A stretch of 64,000 bases of DNA, taken from the IMG/VR virus record IMGVR_UViG_3300046662_000041, positions 1-64,000 of that record; one strand, given 5' to 3'. The notes beneath the pieces are model-generated. The model did no database searches, was not told where the DNA came from, and worked only from the letters and a program-made list of their open reading frames with translations. This DNA comes from a virus (Duplodnaviria; Caudoviricetes). The position numbers and the translations under genes were made by a program. Positions 1 to 9,002 of this stretch are shown here, piece by piece (the first letter of the stretch is position 1; the number at the start of each line of letters is the position of its first letter).

Positions 1-608
1 ATCGAAAAGAGCATGCCATACGGTCGGTTTGAAATCTTCGCAGGAAATGCAGCTAAAGCTACTGATCTCCATGGATATCAGTATGTTCTCCCATGCAATA
101 GCTGTGTGGCTTCGCGATGTCCAGCAGTTCGTCTGTCAGTGTCTTGGTCTCTTCTGCGGGTGGCGCGTTGTTAACTGGCTGTGTAGCGGTGGTTTCGGCC
201 GCGCGTTAGGTCGACCCGGATCCTGAAGAGCGATCTCCACTCACCGGCCGCATCATCGCGTTGAAGGGATGCCTCGGCGGCCCTCTTCTACCGCGATGGC
301 AATCTGTACGTCTGCTATTAGGTCAGCGGCTTGTTGCAGGCGTGCCAGTTGCTCTTTTGTTGCAGTAACTATTTCATATGCCAAGACTCCTAAGCCTGTG
401 AATCTCCTCCTGCTCGGAAGGCATCTAGGGCTTCGGCGACCTTGTCTCGTAAGGCCGGCCACTGTTCCAGAGTCCGCAAACCAGCGTAGCGCAGATCACC
501 CTCAGGCATCTCCGTATCCCAGCGCTCGTACACGATTTGGCTTGCGATCCTTATTGCTTCTTGTGTTGGCATTTCCTCACCTCTTTAGCGGGAGCATGGA
601 TTTTGAAG

Positions 609-1007
609 CTATGGGCGGTTTGGCTCGATCTTCGGCTTGCACTCTTCACAGCCGCCGATCCTGTGATTTGTGGCGTTGCCTTGATCGTGGAATTGCTCGT
701 TCGACCCTTTGGCGGCCTGTACAGCCCAAATCATTAGATTCGCAACGATGGCAGCGTATTTCTCGATACGAGCAAGCCCCTCGAGATTGAGCAAGTGTCC
801 ATCTTCGATGTAGCTGGGCGTTTCCGCATAAACGGCTTTCAGCTTAGCGAGGTAGACATCTGTGAGTACAAGCCACTCTTCAAAAGGGCGGTTTGGCTCT
901 GTCAAGCTTGGCCAGGCCTTTGTCTGATATTTGCGGGCATCGATCAGCTTCCCGATGGCTTGCTCGAAGGTCAGATATTTCACATCTTCATTTCGTCGAC
1001 TCATCAT
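609..1007 (-). CDS. hypothetical protein
   Basis: 132-aa ORF with AAAGGAG RBS, co-oriented with neighbours; no recognised motif. Confidence 0.6.
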   Translation of the reverse strand: MMSRRNEDVKYLTFEQAIGKLIDARKYQTKAWPSLTEPNRPFEEWLVLTDVYLAKLKAVYAETPSYIEDGHLLNLEGLARIEKYAAIVANLMIWAVQAAKGSNEQFHDQGNATNHRIGGCEECKPKIEPNRP

Positions 1008-1021
1008 TTTACTCCTTTTGA

Positions 1022-1189
1022 CTATTTCTCTCCAAATTCTTCAATGATACCAATCAGCTCTGCGACAAAGAGCAGCCAGAAGATCAGCCCAAGCGTTGCG
1101 GTGGTATAGTAAGCAGACATTCCGACAATGCAGCCGAAAATCCTGATCCCGCTCTTCACAAAACTGATTTTCTTGTGGCGACTCATCAT
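1022..1189 (-). CDS. small membrane protein
   Basis: MMSRHKKISFVKSGIRIFG...LFVAELIGIIEE, two hydrophobic segments; start moved to ATG 1189 (uncertain). Confidence 0.55.
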   Translation of the reverse strand: MMSRHKKISFVKSGIRIFGCIVGMSAYYTTATLGLIFWLLFVAELIGIIEEFGEK

Positions 1190-1306
1190 AGCTTTTCTTT
1201 GATGCTCACAATCAGCACCTGTACAGTGTTGGACGTTGCAGATATGATGAACGGCTGGCTTCCGCGTACTCCTCATAAACTCATCTCGGCTGTTCTCGAA
1301 AGCTTA

Positions 1307-2203
1307 TCACAATCCATCTGTTATTCCTGGCTGTGAAGGGAATGTCTTCAACGGTGATTTGAACTTCAGGAGCACGACGTCATTAGGAATGATCTCAACA
1401 GCTCCGACAATCACAAGCTGTCTGAAAAGCTCTTTGTGTCCATTAGTGAACTTGATTTCGATGTCAAATGAGAGTCCAGAGCGAATAGCACGAAGCACTT
1501 TTTGCTGACCAAAATCTTTTGGGATGTAATTCGCTTCAATTGTGAGTTCTTTGCCGATCAGCACCTTGCGGATCTCTGCTATTGCAAGCCCGTCGATCAT
1601 CACTTCAGTTCCCGTTCCAAACGCAAAAGCTTGACTTCCTTTAGGTGAGGGCGTGCAGCCATACTCAATCCAGAATTGATTAGCTCGAAGCTTGAGCACA
1701 GACTTACCGTTAGCAATTTTAACAAGCTCATTCGCGAGAGCTTGAAGCTCGCGATACAAACCGAAATTCTGTTGTCCGCAAGCTTGCGTGGCTTTACGCT
1801 GGAGATGATCTGCGAGCTCGCGGACTGCTGTAGCCTGCTGTTCAATTCGAATATGCTCTACGAGCTGCGTTATATGGAGTGTCTTGCCTATCCGCCGCGA
1901 CATTTCCTGGAATACGTTTGGATCAAAATGAAAATTGATACTTGTGTGCTGCTTTTCAATAAAAGCTTTTTCGAAAAAAGCAAAGTTCCTTTCAGACGCT
2001 AACTTACTCATCGAAGCAGCAATGAATGCATCTTGAGCAAGCTGCTTGAGATATTCTGCAAAACCATTGCCTGTGGCTGCAACATACATATTCGCAAAGC
2101 GCTTTTCAAAGAATGGTCCGTTGTTCGTGCTCAACCACCATTTCTCGAAGAGAGCTTTTGCATTATCACGGGCTTCATCAAAACCTTCCGTTGGGTTACA
2201 CAT
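1307..2203 (-). CDS. hypothetical protein
   Basis: 298-aa ORF, GGAGG RBS, overlaps upstream ASCH stop. Confidence 0.6.
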   Translation of the reverse strand: MCNPTEGFDEARDNAKALFEKWWLSTNNGPFFEKRFANMYVAATGNGFAEYLKQLAQDAFIAASMSKLASERNFAFFEKAFIEKQHTSINFHFDPNVFQEMSRRIGKTLHITQLVEHIRIEQQATAVRELADHLQRKATQACGQQNFGLYRELQALANELVKIANGKSVLKLRANQFWIEYGCTPSPKGSQAFAFGTGTEVMIDGLAIAEIRKVLIGKELTIEANYIPKDFGQQKVLRAIRSGLSFDIEIKFTNGHKELFRQLVIVGAVEIIPNDVVLLKFKSPLKTFPSQPGITDGL

Positions 2204-2621
2204 TCGCTAGCCTCCAATGTAAAGTATCGATTTCTGCAGCATAGGAGCTAGCAGGTGGTGTCCACTGCCAGCCGTAAGCTTGGCCGCCCTTTGCTGGCAC
2301 AGGAGAGGGAAATTTGGTTATGAGCTTTAGCAGTGCACCGTAGCGCCCTGATGTAAAATCACCAAAGGCATCTGGTGGGAAATCAATGTGGGGGAATTGA
2401 GCTACCGATTCGACAAGCACAATGCCGAGGATTACACCGCGTGGAATTGCATGCCAAGTATAACCGAAACGATCGCATGCTTCCCGATCGACCTGCAGGC
2501 CAGCATGAATAGCAACAGGCCCTCTCCAGTGTGTGAAGAGAGGCTTTGGCCGCGTCTCGATGGTTTTGCGGCCATCAATGATAAGGCTGGCCCACGGTTG
2601 CCAGAGTGTGAGAGCTTTCAT
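2196..2621 (-). CDS. ASCH/PUA-like domain protein
   Basis: MKALTLWQPWASLIIDGRKTIETR...RGPVAIHAG...PRGVILG ASCH signature. Confidence 0.9.
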   Translation of the reverse strand: MKALTLWQPWASLIIDGRKTIETRPKPLFTHWRGPVAIHAGLQVDREACDRFGYTWHAIPRGVILGIVLVESVAQFPHIDFPPDAFGDFTSGRYGALLKLITKFPSPVPAKGGQAYGWQWTPPASSYAAEIDTLHWRLANV

Positions 2622-3541
2622 TTCGGTTCGTAAATTTCTGCCACTATCGATTTACGCCCAGCGAGAATCTGCGTCGCAAGACGTGTATGGCCGTCGAGGA
2701 CGATGTGCATATCCCCTGATTTGAGGACGTGAGGTAAGGCATCCGGCGCCTCGTCGATATAAGACGACATTCCCTTCTTTGAGAGCCAGTCTTGGGTGGG
2801 AGCAAGTGAATTAGCAGGAATTTCCTTCGTGGCTTTATAATCTAAGCCGAGACGATCCGGCTTATCTACTTCAGCCTTAGTGAAAACGTCTGCAGATTTA
2901 AGATAGAGACCTTCCGGTTCACTTACCTTAGCAAGTGCTCTGTGAGCTATCTTACGCTCCGTATCGTTCAACTGCTTCGTCTTACCTTCGCCGCGTTTCA
3001 AACCACCCGATCCAAATCTGCCATGTTCATCCCGAGGCTGATCCTCAGAATAGCGTACATCAGGATGCGGCATCCAGCCGCGTTGCTCAAAGTATAGGCT
3101 ATTCGGCCACGAGCGCTTAATTTCTTCAAGCTTCTCGTCTGATTCAGCTCTAGTTGACCCAAAATTATCTCTTGCGTGCTTCCCAAACTTGGCAAGTGCA
3201 TCGCTATCAGCAAGCCCATTTGTGTTTTGAACCTTGACCTCACCAGTGCTTTTATGAACAGACAAGATAGCTTCACCCGGCTTCAAATCAGCGTCAGGTG
3301 ATTTGCCGAGATAGGTCGGCAAACCAGATTTAGAGTATTTGATAAAGACAGTAGGGCGAGCAATCTCTTCTGAGCTAGCCGCGCCAGTACCACCTTCAGC
3401 AACTGTAGCATCTGCTGTCGCTACTACTCCAAATCTGCCGTGTTCATCGCGCGGCTGATCATCGGAATACCGCTCTTGCCAGCCAGAGGGATAACGTCGT
3501 TCAAGATCGAGCAGCATTTCTGGTGTGTAGCCTGAAGCCAT
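2618..3541 (-). CDS. protein with two YSxDQPRDEHGRFG motifs and C-terminal ParB/Srx-like domain
   Basis: Motifs at 3428-3469 and 3011-3052; C-terminal LAPTQDWL...PHVLK...IVLDGHTRL; GGGAGG RBS before ATG 3541. Confidence 0.7.
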   Translation of the reverse strand: MASGYTPEMLLDLERRYPSGWQERYSDDQPRDEHGRFGVVATADATVAEGGTGAASSEEIARPTVFIKYSKSGLPTYLGKSPDADLKPGEAILSVHKSTGEVKVQNTNGLADSDALAKFGKHARDNFGSTRAESDEKLEEIKRSWPNSLYFEQRGWMPHPDVRYSEDQPRDEHGRFGSGGLKRGEGKTKQLNDTERKIAHRALAKVSEPEGLYLKSADVFTKAEVDKPDRLGLDYKATKEIPANSLAPTQDWLSKKGMSSYIDEAPDALPHVLKSGDMHIVLDGHTRLATQILAGRKSIVAEIYEPK

Positions 3542-3557
3542 ACAACCTCCCAACCTG

Positions 3558-3755
3558 TTACAGTTGAGACTCGCCAGCCGCTTGAAGATGCTTTGCAAAT
3601 GATCGCTCAAGCTTCAGAAACCGTTCCCACAGAGGGGCGATCTGCTGAATGCCAGATGCATAAGAATAATAGACGGCAAGCTGTTTGAGCTGCTCGTCTG
3701 TACGCTCGGTTACTACAACCTGCTCGATTGCTTTTGCTGCTCCACCGTTGATCAT
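3558..3755 (-). CDS. hypothetical protein
   Basis: ATGA-coupled to upstream gene, AGGAGG RBS. Confidence 0.55.
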   Translation of the reverse strand: MINGGAAKAIEQVVVTERTDEQLKQLAVYYSYASGIQQIAPLWERFLKLERSFAKHLQAAGESQL

Positions 3756-4195
3756 ATTTCCTCCTGATACACTTTGAGTCGATAGTTGCCTTTACGAGCG
3801 AGAGTAATCATGTGGGCTGTACCGCTGCTTTTTCCGTCCCAAAAAGCCAGCACAACATCTGGCTTTTCTGTCCGCAGCATTTCCGCATTACGGATGAATC
3901 CAGCGCGCCTTCCAAGATGATGCCAATCTGCTGGGTATGAAGTAATCGAGATTCCGAGTTCCTTTGCAGCTTGATCTGCCAAGCCATCTGCACCAGCCCA
4001 TATCGGCCGCTGCTTATACGGCGCGATATTTCGCATCGGGCAAGCTCCGTGTACAACATGAGTGGCGTGCCAGTCTATCAATGCCGACCGAATGATTCCC
4101 TTGTCGGTCCACCCTCGGCTTCCGGTAACGAGTACTTTAACCAGCATCGGCAGCGGATAAAGCTCAAATCCAGAAAGCAAATTTGGGGTCAGCAT
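3752..4195 (-). CDS. SLOG family (DUF2493/YspA-like) protein
   Basis: VLVTGSRGW...VVHGAC...GADGLA...PADW...RAGFIRNAEML...AFWDGKSSGT. Confidence 0.85.
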   Translation of the reverse strand: MLTPNLLSGFELYPLPMLVKVLVTGSRGWTDKGIIRSALIDWHATHVVHGACPMRNIAPYKQRPIWAGADGLADQAAKELGISITSYPADWHHLGRRAGFIRNAEMLRTEKPDVVLAFWDGKSSGTAHMITLARKGNYRLKVYQEEI

Positions 4196-4210
4196 TTATG
4201 AAGCCTACGT

Positions 4211-4726
4211 TTATGTCGGCTGACTTTCAGTTATCTCAAGGACCGTTGGCGATCCACCAATTGTCGTGAAGTTCGACACGGCTGTCAAGCCATTACTTGA
4301 GTCACGAACTGTGATGAAGCCTGTTCCCAGCCGGCCGATTGACGGCGACTGTGGAGGTATGAACTGAGTGCCAAGGCCGTCGATATCGTCCACCAGCACG
4401 CCTAGCGATGTATCGTTTAGCTCAAACGTGAATGGGCCAGCCGCGGATATCGTGAAGCCATCTGCATCAAGCTCATCTTTGACTCGGATCTTGTATGTCT
4501 GTTTATCTGTGAGAGTGACCATCTTCGCTCCTATGATTTGGTTGTTCAGTATTATGAAAAGCTCGAGTGTAGGCCCATTTATTGTTGGTTTCCCTAACTG
4601 TGCGATGGCGATGCGGAGAGCCTCAATCGCATCTTGCAGATCACGAAAGTTCGCATCACAATCCCATGTATAGGTACCGTCCTCTGCAATCGTGAAACTA
4701 AGAGGACCGCGAAGCTTGAGATTCAT
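4211..4726 (-). CDS. hypothetical protein, beta-rich (possible Ig-like) C-terminus
   Basis: 171-aa ORF with Thr/Gly-rich alternating beta pattern. Confidence 0.45.
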   Translation of the reverse strand: MNLKLRGPLSFTIAEDGTYTWDCDANFRDLQDAIEALRIAIAQLGKPTINGPTLELFIILNNQIIGAKMVTLTDKQTYKIRVKDELDADGFTISAAGPFTFELNDTSLGVLVDDIDGLGTQFIPPQSPSIGRLGTGFITVRDSSNGLTAVSNFTTIGGSPTVLEITESQPT

Positions 4727-4759
4727 CGGCTTCTACTTTAGCGTGGAGCAGCGATTCAA

Positions 4760-4927
4760 TCATTCCTCTTCCTCACCTTCGATCTGCTTTTCGTAGATCA
4801 CTTCTTCGGCATCAGAGATGTATTCCTGCAGCTCTTCATCAATGAGGTCGGAGTGAGAATCGTGCAGATGTTCCATCGCTGCATCCCTGGTCTCGAATTC
4901 TTCGCCATCCAGCTTACAGTTCAACAT
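4760..4927 (-). CDS. small acidic protein with degenerate C2H2-like finger
   Basis: MLNCKLDGEEFETRDAAMEHLHDSH; GGAGAG RBS; start reassigned to 4927. Confidence 0.5.
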   Translation of the reverse strand: MLNCKLDGEEFETRDAAMEHLHDSHSDLIDEELQEYISDAEEVIYEKQIEGEEEE

Positions 4928-4962
4928 CAATCTCTCCAGAGTGAGAACTGCAAGCGCCAAGC

Positions 4963-5469
4963 TCATCCAGCATTGCGAAGCCTTGGCTCTTCGGCGCACA
5001 TCATCCGAACATCTTCGATCAAAAGCCCCAGATAATTCTCGCCCACCGGCTTATGCTCACCATAACGGCGACAGCCAAAACAAACACCCCAGAAAGTGTC
5101 GTGCCAGTTGTTTCCTTCAATAAGCTGAGCATCGTATGTATCCAGGAGCCGCTGACGTAGAGGCTCATCCCCAAACTTCACTCGCTGAATCGCGTACATT
5201 TCGTGAAGCTTAATTTGATTCCAGTCTTGCCGAAGGGGAATCGTCTTGCCAACTTTCTTCGCTTTATAAGGATCTAGAATCATTGCCACAAGCTTGTGAA
5301 TCTCGGGATCGTTGGTCTTCTGTGCTTGATAAGCAATTTCGCTGGCATTGAAGCACACGCCATTATACATGATTGGCTTGATGTACATATTCGAAAGCCA
5401 ATCATAATGGCCGCGGAAGCAATCAATCGAGGCCTTCACTCCTACAGGCCGATAGACAAAAGGATCCAT
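4963..5469 (-). CDS. NADAR (YbiA/DUF1768) family protein
   Basis: FRGHYDWLSN...SEIAYQAQK...AKKVGK...RQDW...KF...LIEGNNWHDTFWG...GENYLG. Confidence 0.9.
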   Translation of the reverse strand: MDPFVYRPVGVKASIDCFRGHYDWLSNMYIKPIMYNGVCFNASEIAYQAQKTNDPEIHKLVAMILDPYKAKKVGKTIPLRQDWNQIKLHEMYAIQRVKFGDEPLRQRLLDTYDAQLIEGNNWHDTFWGVCFGCRRYGEHKPVGENYLGLLIEDVRMMCAEEPRLRNAG

Positions 5470-5697
5470 CGCAGCAACATCACCCCTAATGTTCCCAAAC
5501 CTAGGCAGATCACAACATTTGCCCAGCCGACGATCCTATAAGCTGGATCAGGCACATAGTGAAACTGCTCAGCAGACTGTGCGACGCATTTGGCGGACTC
5601 AGTGCAAGGTCCGTTGAAAATATCCAGCAGCCACTCCGCCGGGAAACACAAGTTAGAGACTGGCTCCGAGTAAACCGGCCACCGAAATCGGATTCTG

Positions 5698-5910
5698 CTA
5701 AGCAGCTTTGCATACATAGAGAACTACCACCGGCCGAATCCAATCGGCTTGCTCGTATCGATATCGCACCTGCTGGATCATTAACAGCGGCTGGCCGGGC
5801 AACTGAAGCGTTTCACCCTTTCGTGGCACAGCAACAGTATACATAACATGGATGACATTTTCAGACCAGTCGCGAAGCTCAAGTGGTATGGCACCGGTCA
5901 TAGTTGACAT
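5698..5910 (-). CDS. hypothetical protein
   Basis: GGAGAG RBS, coupled small ORF, ends in AA. Confidence 0.5.
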   Translation of the reverse strand: MSTMTGAIPLELRDWSENVIHVMYTVAVPRKGETLQLPGQPLLMIQQVRYRYEQADWIRPVVVLYVCKAA

Positions 5911-6089
5911 CTCTCCACTTCGTTGTAGTCATCCGTGCAAAGCAGCGTTGTGGCGCCTGGTACGTCGAGCTGTTGGCGGACCATATTAAACCACGCTTGA
6001 GGATTGCGATCTTGCTCTTTGCGTGAGCCGATCCCACACCTATATCCGCGTGATCGAGCCCCACTTGGCATTTGGACGCAGACGATCAT
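5898..6089 (-). CDS. hypothetical protein
   Basis: ATGA-coupled small Cys-containing ORF. Confidence 0.45.
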   Translation of the reverse strand: MIVCVQMPSGARSRGYRCGIGSRKEQDRNPQAWFNMVRQQLDVPGATTLLCTDDYNEVERCQL

Positions 6090-6415
6090 CTGCCCAGATC
6101 CTGATCGTAAACCTGTTGTGCATCCAGAAGAGCTTTACGTGCCTGTTTTTCTGACCACGTAAAATCAGGTGTCTTCACACCAAAGCGTTTGCAGGCGGCC
6201 AATAGTGGCCTTTCAACGCTGATGACCTCGGCAGGCAAGAAATAATCGCGAATCACACGCCACAAAGCAACTGCACGAACTGTTTCTTTGTAATTAGAGA
6301 AGCGAAGAATGAGAGCATCATTTTCTGCAGCCAGCTCTCTGACTAGCTTGACCAACAGGTTACGCTCAACACGAAGGCGAGCCAGTTCTGCCGTATTAAA
6401 CAGTCGCTCAAACAT
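6086..6415 (-). CDS. hypothetical coiled-coil protein
   Basis: GGAGG RBS before ATG 6415 (MFERLF). Confidence 0.6.
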   Translation of the reverse strand: MFERLFNTAELARLRVERNLLVKLVRELAAENDALILRFSNYKETVRAVALWRVIRDYFLPAEVISVERPLLAACKRFGVKTPDFTWSEKQARKALLDAQQVYDQDLGR

Positions 6416-6431
6416 CTTTCCTCCAAACAAA

Positions 6432-6657
6432 TCGGCCAGTCTACTGCGCAGCGCTTCCTAGCCTATTGGCTCCACTGTCCTGCGTTTCGACTGGCCGCAA
6501 AGCTTCATCTGATTATCATTTCAGAGACCAGCTCAGTTGATTTTCCGCATAGTTGCCTCCCGTGAAAACAGCAGCGGACGCCAGCAGGCCTTTGACAGGC
6601 TTGTGTGGGATCTGGCATCCGCTGATTCATTCGAGGTGAGTCTCTCGAGCTGTTATT
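6432..6657 (-). ncRNA. putative structured ncRNA or 5' leader
   Basis: Non-coding gap downstream of a promoter; stems CAGCGGAUGCCAG/CUGGCGUCCGCUG and CGGCCAGUC/GACUGGCCG with nested stems. Confidence 0.5.
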
Positions 6658-6680
6658 AAACTGCGTTTCTAAGCCCAAGC

Positions 6681-6709
6681 AGCATCCAGCAGCAAAGGAG
6701 ATTTGTCAA
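6681..6709 (-). promoter_or_regulatory. sigma70-type promoter
   Basis: TTGACA (6709-6704), 17-nt spacer, GATGCT (6686-6681). Confidence 0.6.
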
Positions 6710-6717
6710 GGAAATTC

Positions 6718-7422
6718 TTAGCGATTATCTCCTAAACCTTTGAGTGTGCCACGCTCTGCGCGGCTTTGCAGCTTCTCAAGATTCCGTTTCGCAATCGTAT
6801 CGAGTGGCACGCCGAGCTCATTAGCAAGCTGTGAAAGATACCAGCAGGTATCACCAGCTTCATCAAGAATTTTGTCACGGGCTTCGGGCGTGTCAGCGTC
6901 TCTGAGAAGCTTCTTCACTTTGTTTGCAACCTCACCAGCTTCACCTGCCAGCCCTAATGCACAATAAACAATTCCCTGAAGTGAGTCTTGGCCTGGATAA
7001 ATTGCAGTAGCCCAGGCCGCCGCCTGATAACTTCGAAACGTCACGCCTGCATTATTTTCAAGCAGCTTCACTGCTGCATGCTCGGGATAGCATTCGTGAG
7101 CCACGAGCTCTTCGTATGAAAAATATTGCATGTCACTGATCTTCGCCGGCTCCATGATCTGTGCCTCAAACTGTGAGGCTGTTAGTGCGAAATAGTGGCC
7201 GATCCACATATCGCCAAACTTCTCATGCTTGAAGATTCCGATCAAGCGCAGCCCGTCTGCCTGGAGACCAGTCTCTTCCTCGAGCTCACGGGCGGCTGCG
7301 GCGATCGGCTGCTCACCTTCGTTTACCTTGCCACCAGGGAAGCCCCAATAATGCAGCTTCGAATGATAAAAGGTGAGATACTTATCGTCTTTTGGGATGA
7401 TTATTGCGGCGTAACTTGGCAT
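6718..7422 (-). CDS. Nudix hydrolase-MazG-like NTP pyrophosphohydrolase fusion
   Basis: Nudix box GGKVNEGEQPIAAAARELEEETG; MazG motif LGLAGEAGEVANKVKK...DEAGDTCWY...NLEKL. Confidence 0.92.
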   Translation of the reverse strand: MPSYAAIIIPKDDKYLTFYHSKLHYWGFPGGKVNEGEQPIAAAARELEEETGLQADGLRLIGIFKHEKFGDMWIGHYFALTASQFEAQIMEPAKISDMQYFSYEELVAHECYPEHAAVKLLENNAGVTFRSYQAAAWATAIYPGQDSLQGIVYCALGLAGEAGEVANKVKKLLRDADTPEARDKILDEAGDTCWYLSQLANELGVPLDTIAKRNLEKLQSRAERGTLKGLGDNR

Positions 7423-7559
7423 ACTTTCTCCGTTTCTTCAGCTTGAGCCAGTTGACAAAATTCAACCCAGCAAAGTCGGCAAGCTGATGCATCAAACTGC
7501 CGACGAAGAGGAATACAATGCCGATCAGGATCTTAATAATCCTGTCATCAAGATCCGGC

Positions 7560-8093
7560 TTAGTTGTTAGGAGCATAAACGAGGGGCGTATGTGTGAGCT
7601 CGAAATCAAGAGCCATCGGCAGTAAATAGCCGAGGTTGGTCATCACGGGCTCACTGTGCCAGCGTGACAACGCGCCCTGCACGGTCAATGAGACGTTACG
7701 AACATCCACCAGCTCGTCCGTTATCGTCTTGGCTTTCCATATCGTGTCTGTGAAAGTTCGGAAGAACGCGCAAACGCCCTTGGGCTGGTGGACGGTTGCG
7801 AAGTGGCCCCACTCTTCTGCACCGATCTTGAGTCCAGTCTCTTCCTCGAACTCGCGAATGTTCGCTTCCAAAGCCGTCTCGCCTGGCTCCACATGACCAC
7901 CGATCCCGTTGTACTTGCCAGCTTGCCAGGCCGGCCGATTCTTCCGAATCAACACGACGTACTTGAAGTCCACGCTGAACGCAAAGCCAACGCAATACTT
8001 CGGCTCAGGGACGACCGCAGGCTCCTTTGCACCCAATATGACCGCAATGTTGACAGGCTGTGCCGTTGATTGCTTCGTTGTATCTTGGAACAT
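7560..8093 (-). CDS. Nudix hydrolase (MutT-like)
   Basis: GGHVEPGETALEANIREFEEETG Nudix box; KNRPAWQAGKYNG phage-type motif. Confidence 0.9.
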   Translation of the reverse strand: MFQDTTKQSTAQPVNIAVILGAKEPAVVPEPKYCVGFAFSVDFKYVVLIRKNRPAWQAGKYNGIGGHVEPGETALEANIREFEEETGLKIGAEEWGHFATVHQPKGVCAFFRTFTDTIWKAKTITDELVDVRNVSLTVQGALSRWHSEPVMTNLGYLLPMALDFELTHTPLVYAPNN

Positions 8094-8382
8094 GTTGTCC
8101 GTGTCTCCTCGCTGCGCGATATTCGAGCAGCCAAATTGTCGTTCCCACTAGCCGAATAGAAATCCAGGTTTGCCACGAGGGCAGTTGACGATAGACCCAG
8201 TTGAGCCTATCGTAGCACGCACGCAGCACTTCCTGCGTCGTCGTGCCAGGATGCCGGCCAATATTGCCAGGGTAAGCAGCCCCTTGACGTTTCACGAACG
8301 TGATCCTGTGCAGCTTACCGTAACCAGAATGGTTATCCAATACGCGCAGAGAATAGATATGGCCAGGATCAACTATCTTCAT
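8005..8382 (-). CDS. Tad1-like (Acb2/Tad1 hairpin) protein
   Basis: GHIY...ITF...GTTTQEVLRACYDRL...WLLEYRAARRHG resembles the Tad1 pattern; divergent. Confidence 0.5.
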   Translation of the reverse strand: MKIVDPGHIYSLRVLDNHSGYGKLHRITFVKRQGAAYPGNIGRHPGTTTQEVLRACYDRLNWVYRQLPSWQTWISIRLVGTTIWLLEYRAARRHGQHVPRYNEAINGTACQHCGHIGCKGACGRP

Positions 8383-8456
8383 CGGGAGGCCTTGGTCCTA
8401 GAAACCAAATGACAAAGATCAATGTGCAGACCCAGGCGAGGAGCCCACGCAAAAGA

Positions 8457-9002
8457 TCAAGAGTTGCTTCGGGCCCAAATGTCTGGAAGATTGCGCTCGC
8501 GTTCGTCAAGGTCCATTCCATAGCCATAGACAAATTGGTCAGGAATCGTAAAGCCAACGAAGTCAGCATTGTGAGATATGAGGCGGCGGCTTGGCTTATC
8601 GAAGAGGACGCATGTTCTAATCTGCATCGGATCGTACTGATTAAGGTCATGGCAGATCTTCTCTAGCGTCTTGCCTGTGTCCAAGATATCATCCACAACG
8701 AGTACATTGCGGCCCTTAAGGCAGTCAGAGTTAGGAAAGTCTTGCCCGAGATACACTTGCCCAGATGTCGTGCCACGATAGCTCGAAGCACGAATAAAAT
8801 CCAGATAGATCGGAGCCTTGATTTCTCGAAGTAAATCTGCACAGAAGATAACGCCGCCGCGAAGGATACAGATCACGGTCAGCGGCTGGTCGATCAGCTT
8901 CCCAAAGAAATAGCTATCGATCTCGCGCCCAAGTCCACGAACGCGAAGCTTAATTTGACTTTCTGTGAAGAGCCTTTCGATCCCCATATGCATATTCACC
9001 AA
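8457..9002 (-). CDS. hpt: hypoxanthine/guanine phosphoribosyltransferase
   Basis: ILRGGVIFCADL, ASSY, VLVVDDILDTGKTL PRPP loop, FVYGYGMD...RNLP; start may be 8987. Confidence 0.93.
   Translation of the reverse strand: MVNMHMGIERLFTESQIKLRVRGLGREIDSYFFGKLIDQPLTVICILRGGVIFCADLLREIKAPIYLDFIRASSYRGTTSGQVYLGQDFPNSDCLKGRNVLVVDDILDTGKTLEKICHDLNQYDPMQIRTCVLFDKPSRRLISHNADFVGFTIPDQFVYGYGMDLDERERNLPDIWARSNS

Noticed and set aside
48-253. Possible interrupted minus-strand ORF at the left edge
   Set aside because: Short, no recognisable homology, and too close to the window edge to judge.
6432-6497. SRP RNA similarity (CAGG...GGAAGC)
   Set aside because: Lacks the GNRA-capped domain IV symmetric loop geometry; kept only as an unclassified structured RNA.
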